A stretch of 64,000 bases of DNA, taken from contig NZ_CP186926.1 in NCBI RefSeq assembly GCF_049554935.1, positions 384,001 to 448,000 of the forward strand, read 5' to 3'. Origin of the DNA: Methanocaldococcus indicus. Its GTDB lineage: Archaea > AGJL01 > Methanococci > Methanococcales > Methanocaldococcaceae. A program made the translations under genes and the position numbers. A model generated the notes under the pieces. It did not search any database. It saw only the letters and a program-made list of their open reading frames with translations, and had not been told where the DNA came from. Shown piece by piece: positions 24,010-34,269 of the stretch. Numbering within the stretch: position 1 is the stretch's first letter; every line of letters begins with the position of its first letter.

Positions 24010-26366
24010 AGTATATAAATCATCCTCTAATAAAACCAAACACATTAGAAGCAAGATTATATCAGCAGTTGATAGCAGCTAATGCACTAAAAAGGAATAC
24101 CTTAGTTGTTATTCCAACAGGTTTAGGAAAGACAGCAATAGCTGTTTTAGTTATAGCAGGAATTTTAACAAAAAAAGATGGGAAAATTTTAATCTTAGCT
24201 CCAACAAGGCCATTAGTTGAGCAACATTATAGAAGATTAAAAGAGATTTTAAATATTGATGAGGATAAAATTGTAGCTTTAACAGGAAAAATTTCACCAA
24301 AAAAAAGAGAAGAGATTTACAAAAAAGCTAAAATTATTATAGCTACTCCCCAGGTTATTGAGAATGATATTCTTTCAAATAGAATAAATATAGATGATTT
24401 TATCTTACTTATAGCTGATGAAGCTCATCATACTGTTGGAAATCATGCCTATGCATTTGTAGCTAAGAAATTTAAGGATAAATGTCACATATTGGCTTTA
24501 ACAGCCTCTCCTGGAAGTGATATAGAAAAAGTTATGGAGATTTGTGAGAACTTAAATATTCAGCATATTGAAATGAGAGATGAAGATGATGAGGATGTTA
24601 AACCATATATAGCTAAGGTAAAGCTTTATCCAATTAGGATAGAACTACCTAATGAATTTAAAAAAGCACTAAAATTATTAGATAAAGCAATAAAAGAAAG
24701 ATTAAAATTTTTAAAAGAAAATGGAGCAATAGACACCATTCAAATAACAAAAACAGAATTAATTGAATTAAATCCTAAACTTTTTGCTTATGATGATTCT
24801 ATAAAGTATGATTTGATTAGAGTATGTTCAGAGGCATTAAAATTAATGCATGCTAAGGAACTCTTAGAGAGTCAAGGGAAAAGTATCTTCTTAGATTATA
24901 TTGAAAAATTAAAGAACAATAGAAGTAAGTCAGCAAGGGCAATAGTTAATGATGAAAATGTAAAACAAGCTGTCTTATTATTAAAAAAATCAAATGTTGA
25001 GCATCCTAAACTAAATAAAGTATTAGAACTAATTAAAAAAATCTTAAAAAAGAATCCAAATGAAAAAATAATTTTATTTACACAATATAGAGCAACTGTT
25101 GAGAAACTCTTAGAACTATTAAATAAAGAAGGAATAAAAGCTATAAGGTTTGTTGGACAATCCAACAAGGAAGGAAAAGGAATGAGCCAAAAAGAGCAGA
25201 TAGAAGCAATAGAAAAGTTTAAGGAGGAAGGAAATGTCTTAGTTTCAACAAGTGTATCTGAGGAAGGGATTGATATCCCATCTGTTAATTATATTATTTT
25301 TTATGAACCAGTTCCATCTGAAATTAGATTAATCCAAAGAAGAGGAAGGGCAATGAGAGGAGAGGGAGGGATTTGTTATGTCCTCATAGCCAAAGGGACA
25401 AGTGATGAGGCATATTATAGAGCTTCTCTATATAAAGAAAGAGCAATGAAAAGAATATTAAGGGAAATTTATAAAGAAATTAAAAATAGATTAGAAGAGA
25501 AATATGGAAAATTAGAAGAAAGTAACATTCAAGAAGATAAAGAATCCAATAAAGAAGATAAAAAAGACAATGAAGAGAGCCATAATAAAATTAACAATGA
25601 AATAAAAGAAGAGAAAAAAGATGAAATAAAAAAACCAAAAACAATATTAGATTATTTAAAAATTGCTGAAAAAAAGAGCAAGGAGAAAGAAAGTATAGAG
25701 AGTGAGAATAATATTATACTAACTAAAATAGATAACAAAAAAGAGAAAAAAGCTAAAATTATAGTTGATGTTAGAGAAAAAGGAATAGCTAAATATTTAT
25801 CAGATAAAGTAGATGTGGAAATAAAAACTCTTGATGTTGGTGATTTTGTTTTAAGTGATAGGGTTGTAGTTGAAAGAAAAACAGGAGAAGATTTTATAAA
25901 TTCTATAATTGACAAAAGGTTATTTAATCAGCTAAAAGAACTAAAAAGATATGAAAAACCTATTTTAATTATTGAAGGAGATTATAAAAAAAGATTGCAT
26001 GAAAATGCTATAAGAGGTGCTATTTTATCTATTATATTAGATTACTCAATTCCAATTATATTTACTAAGGATTTAGATGAAACTATATCTTATTTAGTTC
26101 AAATAGCTGAAAAAGAACAAATAAAAGAAAAAAGACCTATTTTAATAAGAGCTGGGAAAAAACCAATGACTCTAAAAGAGAGACAGGAGTTTATTGTCCA
26201 ATCTCTCCCAGAAGTTGGTGGAGCATTGGCTAAAAATCTACTTAAACATTTTAAAACTGTTGAAAATGTCTTTACAGCTAAGGAAGAGGAATTAATCAAA
26301 GTTGAAGGAGTAGGAAAAGAAAGAGCTAAAAAAATTAGAGAAGTTTTAACTGCTGAATATAAATGA
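24006..26366 (+). CDS. hef: Hef helicase / ERCC4 nuclease (FANCM-like)
   Basis: PTGLGKT, DEAHH, QRRGR helicase motifs; VDVRE, GDF, VERK nuclease motifs; HhH tail. Confidence 0.95.
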   Translation: MKYINHPLIKPNTLEARLYQQLIAANALKRNTLVVIPTGLGKTAIAVLVIAGILTKKDGKILILAPTRPLVEQHYRRLKEILNIDEDKIVALTGKISPKKREEIYKKAKIIIATPQVIENDILSNRINIDDFILLIADEAHHTVGNHAYAFVAKKFKDKCHILALTASPGSDIEKVMEICENLNIQHIEMRDEDDEDVKPYIAKVKLYPIRIELPNEFKKALKLLDKAIKERLKFLKENGAIDTIQITKTELIELNPKLFAYDDSIKYDLIRVCSEALKLMHAKELLESQGKSIFLDYIEKLKNNRSKSARAIVNDENVKQAVLLLKKSNVEHPKLNKVLELIKKILKKNPNEKIILFTQYRATVEKLLELLNKEGIKAIRFVGQSNKEGKGMSQKEQIEAIEKFKEEGNVLVSTSVSEEGIDIPSVNYIIFYEPVPSEIRLIQRRGRAMRGEGGICYVLIAKGTSDEAYYRASLYKERAMKRILREIYKEIKNRLEEKYGKLEESNIQEDKESNKEDKKDNEESHNKINNEIKEEKKDEIKKPKTILDYLKIAEKKSKEKESIESENNIILTKIDNKKEKKAKIIVDVREKGIAKYLSDKVDVEIKTLDVGDFVLSDRVVVERKTGEDFINSIIDKRLFNQLKELKRYEKPILIIEGDYKKRLHENAIRGAILSIILDYSIPIIFTKDLDETISYLVQIAEKEQIKEKRPILIRAGKKPMTLKERQEFIVQSLPEVGGALAKNLLKHFKTVENVFTAKEEELIKVEGVGKERAKKIREVLTAEYK

Positions 26367-26504
26367 ATATATTAATATAATATATTTTTATAAATATATA
26401 TTGAAATATTCATATTTATAGTGACATATTAACTTTTTGATTTGAAAAAAATCAAAAGCTATAAATAAAATGATAATAAGAGCTACTATTTAAGAGGTGA
26501 TAAG

Positions 26505-26819
26505 ATGAAAAATAAAGTATTCTATGGAGAAGGAATTAAAGTTGTCAAAGAACAAAGACCTGATGTATATGAAATTATAGCTAAACTAAATGATACTGTT
26601 TATTCTGGAAAAGTTTTAGATTATAAAACTTTAAAGTTAGTTGCTATTGCTATAGTAGCAGCTAAGTGTGATGAAAAAGCAACAGAAAAACAGATGAAAA
26701 GTGGAATGAAAGAGTTAGGGATTACAAAAGAAGAGATTATGGATGTCTTAGGGATTGTTCTATTAACAAGTGGAGTTCCTGCTTATGTAAAAGCTATGAA
26801 GATACTTGAAAAATTATAA
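26505..26819 (+). CDS. Carboxymuconolactone decarboxylase/AhpD-like protein
   Basis: LDYKTLKLVAIAI...GITKEEIMD...SGVPA. Confidence 0.8.
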   Translation: MKNKVFYGEGIKVVKEQRPDVYEIIAKLNDTVYSGKVLDYKTLKLVAIAIVAAKCDEKATEKQMKSGMKELGITKEEIMDVLGIVLLTSGVPAYVKAMKILEKL

Positions 26820-26833
26820 ACATTGTAAGAGTT

Positions 26834-27190
26834 ATGAATTACTTCCACAAAATTAACAGACTAAAAGAAGGAACTGATTTTGAGAAAAAACATACATCAT
26901 TTATTGATTGTAGAGATTCAGTAAAAGCAGATGAAATTTTTGAAGTAAGAATATATACAGAAGTTGAGCATCCTATGGAAGATAACCATTATATTCAGTG
27001 AGTAGAACTATTTATGAATGATATTTACTTAGGAAGGGCTGAATTTACCCAATTTTTAAAGCCAGAAGTTGTTTTTAAAGTAAAAGCTCCAAATGAAAGT
27101 CATAAAGGCAAATCTTTTAAATTAAGAGCTTTAATGAGATGTAACCTATATGGTGTTTGGGAATTTGAGAAAGAGGTTAAAATAGAATAA
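26834..27190 (+). pseudogene. Superoxide reductase (neelaredoxin, class II SOR) pseudogene
   Basis: Manual translation EKKHTS...EHPMEDNHYIQ*VEL...RCNLYGVWE; in-frame TGA at 26999-27001 where Trp is conserved; His ligand of CNLHG replaced by Tyr. Confidence 0.88.
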
Positions 27191-27267
27191 ATTCATAAAA
27201 TTTTTGACGAATTTAGAATGATAAATTAAATATATTAGTAATCTACAAACCATATTTTGGTGATAAG

Positions 27268-27426
27268 ATGGCAAAATATCAATGTATGTGTGGATGGATT
27301 TATGATGAAGATAAAGGAGAACCTTCTCAAAATATTCCACCTGGGACTAAATGGGAAGAACTACCAGATACTTTTAGATGTCCTCAATGTGGATTAGGGA
27401 AGAATGCTTTTAGAAAGATAGAATAG
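27268..27426 (+). CDS. Rubredoxin (52 aa, not in ORF track)
   Basis: [52 protein letters not shown]; RBS GGTGAT upstream. Confidence 0.93.
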   Translation: MAKYQCMCGWIYDEDKGEPSQNIPPGTKWEELPDTFRCPQCGLGKNAFRKIE

Positions 27427-27446
27427 ACATTAAAATTGATGTAACT

Positions 27447-27722
27447 ATGATAACAACAAACCATCCATTAAGTGAAGCTTTAAGAGATATTCAAGAGTTT
27501 AAGTTAAGATTAGCTGAATACTTCAAAGATAAGGATGTTTTTCCAATTAAAAATAGAACAGAATTAGCTAATGCTTTACCATGTGGAATATCATTACCTT
27601 GTGGAGACATTGAAGCAGCAGAATTGGTTAAATTATTAACTGATAATGACTTTCCAATTAAAGATGTTGAAGATTTAGTTATGAAGTTAGCAAATAAATG
27701 CTTAATTGAAAAGAAAGAATAA
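27447..27722 (+). CDS. Small conserved protein, MTH865-like
   Basis: [16 protein letters not shown]...[10 protein letters not shown] resembles the MTH865 family. Confidence 0.6.
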   Translation: MITTNHPLSEALRDIQEFKLRLAEYFKDKDVFPIKNRTELANALPCGISLPCGDIEAAELVKLLTDNDFPIKDVEDLVMKLANKCLIEKKE

Positions 27723-27732
27723 AGGTGAAATT

Positions 27733-28413
27733 ATGTGTGAAGAAATGAAAGAATGCTGCAAAGTTGTTATAGGACAAAAATTCCCAGAAGTAGAGGTTAA
27801 GACAACTCATGGAGTTATAAAATTACCAGATTACTATGTAGAGAAAGGGAAATGGTTTGTATTATTTAGTCATCCAGCTGATTTCACTCCTGTTTGTACA
27901 ACTGAATTTGTAGGATTCCAAAAAAGATATGACCAATTTAGAGAGTTAAACTGTGAATTAATAGGTTTAAGTATAGACCAAGTATTTAGCCATATAAAAT
28001 GGGTAGAATGGATAAAAGAAAAGTTAGGAGTAGAGATTGAGTTCCCAATTATTGCTGATGATATGGGAGAATTGGCTAAAAAGTTAGGAATGGTATCTCC
28101 TTATAAAGGAACAAATACAGTAAGAGCTGTATTTATAGTTGATGATAAAGGAGTTATAAGAGCTATCATCTATTACCCACAAGAAATAGGTAGAAACTTA
28201 GATGAAATAGTAAGAGCTGTTAAAGCCCTACAAACCTCTGACAAGTATGGTGTAGCTACACCTGCAAATTGGCCAGAAAATGATTTATTAGGTGATAAGG
28301 TTATTATACCACCAGCTTCAAGTATTGAAGAGAAAAAGCAAAGAGAAGAAGCTTGTAAAAAAGGAGAAATAGAATGTTATGACTGGTGGTTCTGCTATAA
28401 AAAATTAGAATAA
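27733..28413 (+). CDS. Peroxiredoxin (archaeal Prx6/AhpC type)
   Basis: [35 protein letters not shown]; ATG 27733 follows GGTGA RBS. Confidence 0.96.
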   Translation: MCEEMKECCKVVIGQKFPEVEVKTTHGVIKLPDYYVEKGKWFVLFSHPADFTPVCTTEFVGFQKRYDQFRELNCELIGLSIDQVFSHIKWVEWIKEKLGVEIEFPIIADDMGELAKKLGMVSPYKGTNTVRAVFIVDDKGVIRAIIYYPQEIGRNLDEIVRAVKALQTSDKYGVATPANWPENDLLGDKVIIPPASSIEEKKQREEACKKGEIECYDWWFCYKKLE

Positions 28414-28452
28414 TTTAATAATCATTTCCTTCAAAAAATTATATTTTGGGGT

Positions 28453-28683
28453 ATGGGCATGGTTGAGTTGAATATAGTTAGTAAAAAAGAAGAAAAAAAG
28501 GAATTAAAAAAATACAGATGTAGAGTTTGTGGATGGATTTATGACCCTGAAAAAGGAGAGCCTTCCCAAAATATTCCACCTGGGACTCCTTTTGAGGAAT
28601 TGCCAGATAGTTTTAGATATAGTTTTAGATGTCCTGTTTGTAGAGGAAATGTAACAAAAGAATACTTTGAGCCAGTTGAGTAG
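28453..28683 (+). CDS. Rubredoxin with N-terminal extension and a 4-aa insertion
   Basis: [10 protein letters not shown]...[22 protein letters not shown]. Confidence 0.88.
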   Translation: MGMVELNIVSKKEEKKELKKYRCRVCGWIYDPEKGEPSQNIPPGTPFEELPDSFRYSFRCPVCRGNVTKEYFEPVE

Positions 28684-28707
28684 AAATATTATAATATTTG
28701 GGATACT

Positions 28708-28913
28708 ATGAAAAAAACTATTTTAAATCTTTTAAAAGCTTATGTGGGAGAAAGTTTAGCAAGAAATAGATATACTTGTTATGCAAAGAATAGCTAAGCT
28801 TAGAAAATAATTCTTTAAAAGATAAATTTGAATTCTTATTAGAGAATGATTTATTTGGACATATAAGTTTAAAGAAATATTTGGATGAAGGTTACCAAAT
28901 TATAACCTTTTAA
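28708..28913 (+). pseudogene. Rubrerythrin 5' remnant joined to the 3' end of another gene
   Basis: MKKTILNLLKAYVGESLARNRYTCYAK (rubrerythrin N-terminal GESxARNRY motif) then stop; followed by the fragment LENNSLKDKFEFLLENDLFGHISLKKYLDEGYQIITF*. Confidence 0.8.
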
Positions 28914-28951
28914 ATATTTTTTAAGATAATTAAATAATTTGGTGAAGATAT

Positions 28952-30121
28952 ATGATAAGAAAAATAAAAGAGAATATTTATTTTGTTGGAGCAATAGATT
29001 GGGATGTTAGGAATTTTCATGGATACAATACAGACAATGGGACAACATACAACTCTTATTTAATTTTAGATGAAAAAATAACTTTAATTGATACTGTTAA
29101 AGACCATAAAGCTGATGAATTAATCAACAACATAAAAAAATTGGTTAATCCTAATGATATTGATTATATTGTTATAAATCATGTTGAAAAAGACCACTCT
29201 GGGGCACTTCCTGAGTTAATGAAAATAACTAATGCAAAGATAGTAACAAATGATAAAGGAAAGGAACATTTAGAAGAGCATTACAACACTGAGGGTTGGG
29301 AGTTTTTAGTTGTTGATGATGAAGAAGAGTTAAATATTGGTAAAAGAACTTTGAAATTCTTTAAAACTCCTATGTTACACTGGCCTGAAAATATGGTTAC
29401 TTATTTAATTGAAGATAAAATTTTATTCTCAAATGATGCCTTTGGACAACATTATGCATCATCTCAAAGATTTGACTATGAAGTTAGAGGAGATATATTT
29501 CTCTATGCAAGAGAATACTTTGCAAATATTTTAATGCCTTACAAATTCTTAATAAACAATGTAATTGAAAAGCTCACTAAGTTAGAGATTGAGTATATAG
29601 CTCCTTCTCATGGAATTATCTGGAATAAATATATTGATGATATAATAAAGTATTATATTGATTGGGCTTCTGGAAAAGTTAGTAATAAGGCAGTAATTGT
29701 TTATGATACAATGTATAACTCAACTAAAAAAATGGCTTATGCTATTGCTGATGGATTAATAGAAGAAGGAGTGAATGTAAAAATATACAATTTAACTGAA
29801 ACTCCTGTAAGTAAGATTATATCTGAGATATTAACAGCCAAATATTTATTAGTTGGCTCACCTACCTTAAATAAAAACTTATATCCTGAAGTTGCTAAGT
29901 TTTTAGCATATATGGAAGGATTAAATCCAACAGGAAAAATAGCTGTTGCTTTTGGTTCTTATGGCTGGTATGAAGTAGCAACAGAGAAAATTAAAGAAGT
30001 ATTTAAAAGGTTAAATTATAAAATTGTAGATGATGATTGTTTAAAAGTTAAATTCTCTCCAAAAGAAGAAGATTTAAATAAATTATATGAATTTGGTAAG
30101 AATTTGGCTAAAATTGAATGA
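28952..30121 (+). CDS. fprA: Flavodiiron protein FprA (F420H2 oxidase-like)
   Basis: [36 protein letters not shown]; flavodoxin YDTMYNST and FGSYGW. Confidence 0.95.
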   Translation: MIRKIKENIYFVGAIDWDVRNFHGYNTDNGTTYNSYLILDEKITLIDTVKDHKADELINNIKKLVNPNDIDYIVINHVEKDHSGALPELMKITNAKIVTNDKGKEHLEEHYNTEGWEFLVVDDEEELNIGKRTLKFFKTPMLHWPENMVTYLIEDKILFSNDAFGQHYASSQRFDYEVRGDIFLYAREYFANILMPYKFLINNVIEKLTKLEIEYIAPSHGIIWNKYIDDIIKYYIDWASGKVSNKAVIVYDTMYNSTKKMAYAIADGLIEEGVNVKIYNLTETPVSKIISEILTAKYLLVGSPTLNKNLYPEVAKFLAYMEGLNPTGKIAVAFGSYGWYEVATEKIKEVFKRLNYKIVDDDCLKVKFSPKEEDLNKLYEFGKNLAKIE

Positions 30122-30125
30122 TACT

Positions 30126-30791
30126 ATGAATCTAAGATATTCCTCTGGAAATGTTGTAAATGAAAAAGTCCATAAAATTGGTGTTATTGCATTAGGTTCT
30201 TTTTTAGAAAATCATGGAGCTGTTTTACCAATAGATACAGATATTAAAATTGCTTCATATATCTCTTTAATTTCTTGTATAAAAACTGGAGCTAAATTTT
30301 TAGGTGTTGTTATTCCATCAACAGAATACAGTTATGTTAAACATGGCATTCATAACTCTGTTGATGATGTTATAAAATATTTAGATTTTATAATTAATGA
30401 AGGAAAAAAGATAGGAATTGAGAAAATTGTTATTGTTAATTGTCATGGAGGAAATATTCTTATAAAAGATAAATTAGAAGATCTAGAGAAGAAACATAAT
30501 GTAAAAATAAAGCTATTAAATTTTCCATTAACACATGCAGGAACAGAAGAGGTATCTATTGGTTATGTTTTAGGGATTTATAAAGGTAGCTTGGAAGAGC
30601 ATAACAACTTTGGGAAGTATCCAGAGGTTGGAATGGTTGGATTAAAAGAAGCAAGAGAGAAAAACAAGGATATAGATAATGAGGCAAAAAAAGTTGAAAA
30701 ATTTGGAGTTAAATTAGATATAAATCTTGGAAAAAAGTTGTTAGATGAGTATATAAATAAAGTTATTAAAGAAATCATCTCTTTTATTTAA
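30126..30791 (+). CDS. arfB: Creatininase-family FAPy deformylase ArfB
   Basis: [40 protein letters not shown]; start adjusted to ATG 30126. Confidence 0.88.
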   Translation: MNLRYSSGNVVNEKVHKIGVIALGSFLENHGAVLPIDTDIKIASYISLISCIKTGAKFLGVVIPSTEYSYVKHGIHNSVDDVIKYLDFIINEGKKIGIEKIVIVNCHGGNILIKDKLEDLEKKHNVKIKLLNFPLTHAGTEEVSIGYVLGIYKGSLEEHNNFGKYPEVGMVGLKEAREKNKDIDNEAKKVEKFGVKLDINLGKKLLDEYINKVIKEIISFI

Positions 30792-30913
30792 TTTAATATA
30801 ATTATGAGTTATACGCAATCTATTATAAAATTTTTACTATGGGAATAATATATAAAACTTTATATATTATAAAGTTACCTATAATACTCAGAAAACTTTG
30901 GAGGTGATAATAG

Positions 30914-31078
30914 ATGTGTGCCCCAATAGCAGTAACTGCTGGATTAGGAGCTCCAACATTAAGTGCAGTATTACCACAAATAATGGGAATGGTTTTTTTA
31001 ACAATTACTGGAGTATGGGCTATAGTTTCAGCAAAAGTTTCAACTTCAGTAAAATCTGAAGCAGTAGCTACTCAATAA
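30914..31078 (+). CDS. Small hydrophobic MCAP-motif peptide 1 (54 aa; putative precursor)
   Basis: RBS GGAGGTGAT; MCAPIAVTAGLGAPTLSAVLPQIMGMVFLTITGVWAIVSAKVSTSVKSEAVATQ*; below ORF-track size cut-off. Confidence 0.85.
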   Translation: MCAPIAVTAGLGAPTLSAVLPQIMGMVFLTITGVWAIVSAKVSTSVKSEAVATQ

Positions 31079-31120
31079 ATAGCCTTAATTAATTATAAAA
31101 TTTTTTGGAGGTGATAATAG

Positions 31121-31276
31121 ATGTGTGCTCCAGTATCTGCAACAATAGCAGTTAGTTCTTCAACATTATTAACAGCATTTACCTTAGCTCAAGTTTTAGG
31201 AATAGCAGCTATTATAGGAGCTGTTGGATTCATATTTAAAGATGTTTTAAACTCAAAAGTTGCAAATAGATCATAA
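31121..31276 (+). CDS. Small hydrophobic MCAP-motif peptide 2 (51 aa; putative precursor)
   Basis: Same RBS/start context TTTGGAGGTGATAATAGATGTGTGC; MCAPVSATIAVSSSTLLTAFTLAQVLGIAAIIGAVGFIFKDVLNSKVANRS*. Confidence 0.85.
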   Translation: MCAPVSATIAVSSSTLLTAFTLAQVLGIAAIIGAVGFIFKDVLNSKVANRS

Positions 31277-31318
31277 ATTTATTTATTATTATTTTTTTAT
31301 TTTTTTGAGGTAATACCT

Positions 31319-32143
31319 ATGATATCATTTTTAATAAAACCTAAGATATTACAAGTAGAGGTTACTAATGACTGTAACTGTAATTGTGACATATGTTTAA
31401 GGAATTATTGGAAGAGACCAAAAGGTAGTATAAGTGTTGAAGACTTCAAAAAATTGCCTATAAAAGATTTCAAAGAAGTAGCTTTACATGGTTGGGGAGA
31501 GAGTTTTTTACATCCAAATTTGTTTGAAATGGTAAAGTATGTTAAAAGTTTAGGAGTAAAAGCAAGTTTATGTACAAATGGTACATTGTTAGATGAGAGA
31601 TTAGACGAAGTACTTAATAGTGGTTTAGATGAGATTGCATTTGGAATATTTTCCTTAAAAGGTAAAGAAAAAGTAATATCTAATATAGAAATGCTCATAA
31701 ATGAAAAAGAAAAAAAAGGACTGAAATTAGATACCTACATAGATATAACAATGTTTAGGAGAAATTTAGAAGAGATTCCAGAAATTGTAGAAGCTGGTAT
31801 TAATCTTGGAGTAGATGGAATAGTTCTTCATAGGTTATTTGATTTGTATATAGAAGAGAAATATGGTTTATCCTCAAAAGAGGAAAAGAAATTCATAAAT
31901 GATTTAATAGAGAAATATGGAAAAAAAATAAGAATATATCCTCCTTTACCTCACACAACACCATGTAGAATACTATTAAATTGTATGTTTGTAAGATGGG
32001 ACTGCCAACAATCTCCTTGTGTTTATCTTACAGATGATACATTAGGTGATGCAAGAACTACATATAAGCAAATGAAAGATAGGCATATATCATTTATTAA
32101 GAAGGTGAAACTTAATGACATCTGTAGAAAATGCATATGGTAA
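31319..32143 (+). CDS. Radical SAM protein with C-terminal SPASM/Twitch-like Cys cluster
   Basis: EVTNDCNCNCDIC (CxxxCxxC), LHGWGES, TNGTLL; C-terminal PC...C...C..SPC...CRKC. Confidence 0.9.
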   Translation: MISFLIKPKILQVEVTNDCNCNCDICLRNYWKRPKGSISVEDFKKLPIKDFKEVALHGWGESFLHPNLFEMVKYVKSLGVKASLCTNGTLLDERLDEVLNSGLDEIAFGIFSLKGKEKVISNIEMLINEKEKKGLKLDTYIDITMFRRNLEEIPEIVEAGINLGVDGIVLHRLFDLYIEEKYGLSSKEEKKFINDLIEKYGKKIRIYPPLPHTTPCRILLNCMFVRWDCQQSPCVYLTDDTLGDARTTYKQMKDRHISFIKKVKLNDICRKCIW

Positions 32144-32687
32144 TAGCAATTTATCAGTAGTTATTCTAAAAATAGGTATAGCTTTCTTATTTGCATGTTG
32201 TGGATATTGGATTAGCTATTTAATGGGTGGAGAATCAGTTTTTGCTAAATGGTTATCTGCACCGTTTTTAGGTCCTACAATATTTGGAGGTATTCAATGG
32301 ATATTTTGGATAGTATTGAGTAAAGAGATATGTGGAAAATATTATGGAATTGTTACAGCATTGTTTATGACTGGATTTTATCTTATGACTGAACCTTGGT
32401 TTAGTGTTGTTGTCCCTGTTTGGTATAGTGTTATTGGTATAATTTCAGGTTTCTTAATTGGTTACTTAACAGAGAGATTTAACGGTGCTGTAGGATTGTC
32501 AGCATTTATGGTCTTTAATTGGATATGCTTTTATTTGTTTGCAAAATATCCATCTTGGGGACCACAATATACAATTGACGGCGTTATAATTGCATTTATA
32601 ATATCCATAATTTCAGGGTTTATAGGTGATATTGTAGCAAGATATATTGCCAAATTTATAAAACCCTACTTCCAAAGTATAGCATAA
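32115..32687 (+). CDS. Integral membrane protein (about 5-6 TM; ECF S-component-like or immunity-like)
   Basis: Repeated hydrophobic Gly-rich helices; overlaps the radical SAM stop; no family recognised with certainty. Confidence 0.65.
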   Translation: MTSVENAYGNSNLSVVILKIGIAFLFACCGYWISYLMGGESVFAKWLSAPFLGPTIFGGIQWIFWIVLSKEICGKYYGIVTALFMTGFYLMTEPWFSVVVPVWYSVIGIISGFLIGYLTERFNGAVGLSAFMVFNWICFYLFAKYPSWGPQYTIDGVIIAFIISIISGFIGDIVARYIAKFIKPYFQSIA

Positions 32688-32745
32688 TTTTTTTTACAAA
32701 AATTTTAAAATAAAATAAATTTTAAAATGAGTAAGGTGATATTGA

Positions 32746-34161
32746 ATGAATCCAAAGATGTACTATATAATTGGAATTATATGTCTATTAATAGCAGGAG
32801 TTTTAGCAGTAGATGCCTATCAGAAATATACAAGAGAAGCATTAGCAATAGAATTAACAAATAAAGCAATACCAATAGTAACTGATGCTATAGCAAATGA
32901 TAATATGACTGAATATAAAGAAGCAGAAGCTTTATTAAAAAAGGCTATTAGTTTAGACCCTAATTATCCCTGGGCTTGGTATAACTTAGCAAATGTCTAT
33001 ATAAATCAAGATCATTTCCACCATTATGATAAGTTCCCATTTCATACCTATGCACAGGATGGAGTTCCACAAGATACAAAATATTATAATGAAGGAATAT
33101 ATTGCATACATAAATTTATGGAGCTCTTGCCAGAAGCAAAACCATTAGGATACGAAAGAATTGGAGATGCTAACTACTTCTACTATGATTCATATGTAGA
33201 TAGAAAAGAAAAAGTTTTACCTAACTACTTTAAAGCATTGGATGGTGTAGATGTTATAAGGGAGTATGGAGGTAAAGGTGGAGTTGCAGCATTATATGCA
33301 AACATTGCAAGAACATATTTAGCTATGGGAGAGTTTCCAAAGTCCTTATATTACTACAATATATCAGTAAATATTCATCCAGAAGGACCAGCTTATGAAC
33401 ACTATATATGGGCATACATTATTAATGCAGAATTTGCTAATCCAAAATACTTTGAAGATGGATATAAATATGGACATAAATTCATAGATGACCTTGGAAT
33501 TAAAGGACACTGGTCTATAGACTTAGGTATGATGCCAACTGCTGTTTCAGCATATGAGTTAGGTAAATATGATGAAGTTGTAGATTTATGTAACAAAATA
33601 ATAAATGATTATCCAGACTCTCCATATGTTGGTGAGGCTCATAGATATATTGCAATGGTTGATATGAAAAGAGGAGATAAAGAAGACGCAATTAAACATC
33701 TATTAGAAAATGTTAAATTCTCAACAGCAATGACTCCTGAAGGTGGAGATGACTATCCAGGAGATATTCCAGTTGGATACTATGAAAGAGGATTAGCGTA
33801 CTATTATTTAGGAGAAGTTACAGGGAACAAATCCTATTATGAAAAAGCTTTACATGATTTTAATTACTTAGCAACTTACTGGAATGTTTCAGATAGAAGT
33901 ATAGCACATGAAAACTATTACTTCTTAGGTACAGAGATGGCTGCATTCACAAGTGCAAAATTAGGAAATCAAACATTAGCTATAAAATATGCAAAACAAG
34001 GTGTAGATGAGCTGAAATTAAAACACTGGTATGAAAGAGTTCAATTACCTGGATGGAGTAAATGCTTTGGTAATTGGTCAGAGAAAATCTATGAACTTGC
34101 AAAAGAAGGAAAACTTAATGAGACACCACTACCAACATTCTTATACCAAATAGAACACTAA
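32746..34161 (+). CDS. Membrane-anchored or secreted TPR-repeat protein
   Basis: N-terminal hydrophobic signal; TPR motifs KKAISLDPNYPWAWYNLA, YYERGLAYYYLG, INDYPDSPY. Confidence 0.8.
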   Translation: MNPKMYYIIGIICLLIAGVLAVDAYQKYTREALAIELTNKAIPIVTDAIANDNMTEYKEAEALLKKAISLDPNYPWAWYNLANVYINQDHFHHYDKFPFHTYAQDGVPQDTKYYNEGIYCIHKFMELLPEAKPLGYERIGDANYFYYDSYVDRKEKVLPNYFKALDGVDVIREYGGKGGVAALYANIARTYLAMGEFPKSLYYYNISVNIHPEGPAYEHYIWAYIINAEFANPKYFEDGYKYGHKFIDDLGIKGHWSIDLGMMPTAVSAYELGKYDEVVDLCNKIINDYPDSPYVGEAHRYIAMVDMKRGDKEDAIKHLLENVKFSTAMTPEGGDDYPGDIPVGYYERGLAYYYLGEVTGNKSYYEKALHDFNYLATYWNVSDRSIAHENYYFLGTEMAAFTSAKLGNQTLAIKYAKQGVDELKLKHWYERVQLPGWSKCFGNWSEKIYELAKEGKLNETPLPTFLYQIEH

Positions 34162-34269
34162 ATTTCTATTTTTTTTATTTTTTATTTTTAATATATCATA
34201 CATACATTTATAATTATATATCGTTCTTTTAATAAAAATAAACTTTATATATTTCCGTAACTAATATAT

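Noticed and set aside
25500-25750. Lys/Glu/Asn-rich low-complexity stretch in Hef
   Set aside because: Known disordered linker between the helicase and nuclease domains
26999-27001. In-frame TGA in SOR as selenocysteine readthrough
   Set aside because: It aligns with a conserved Trp, not Cys; other lesions are present and no SECIS-like GC hairpin is visible downstream
27146-27340. 64-aa minus-strand ORF
   Set aside because: Overlaps the SOR pseudogene and the real rubredoxin on the plus strand
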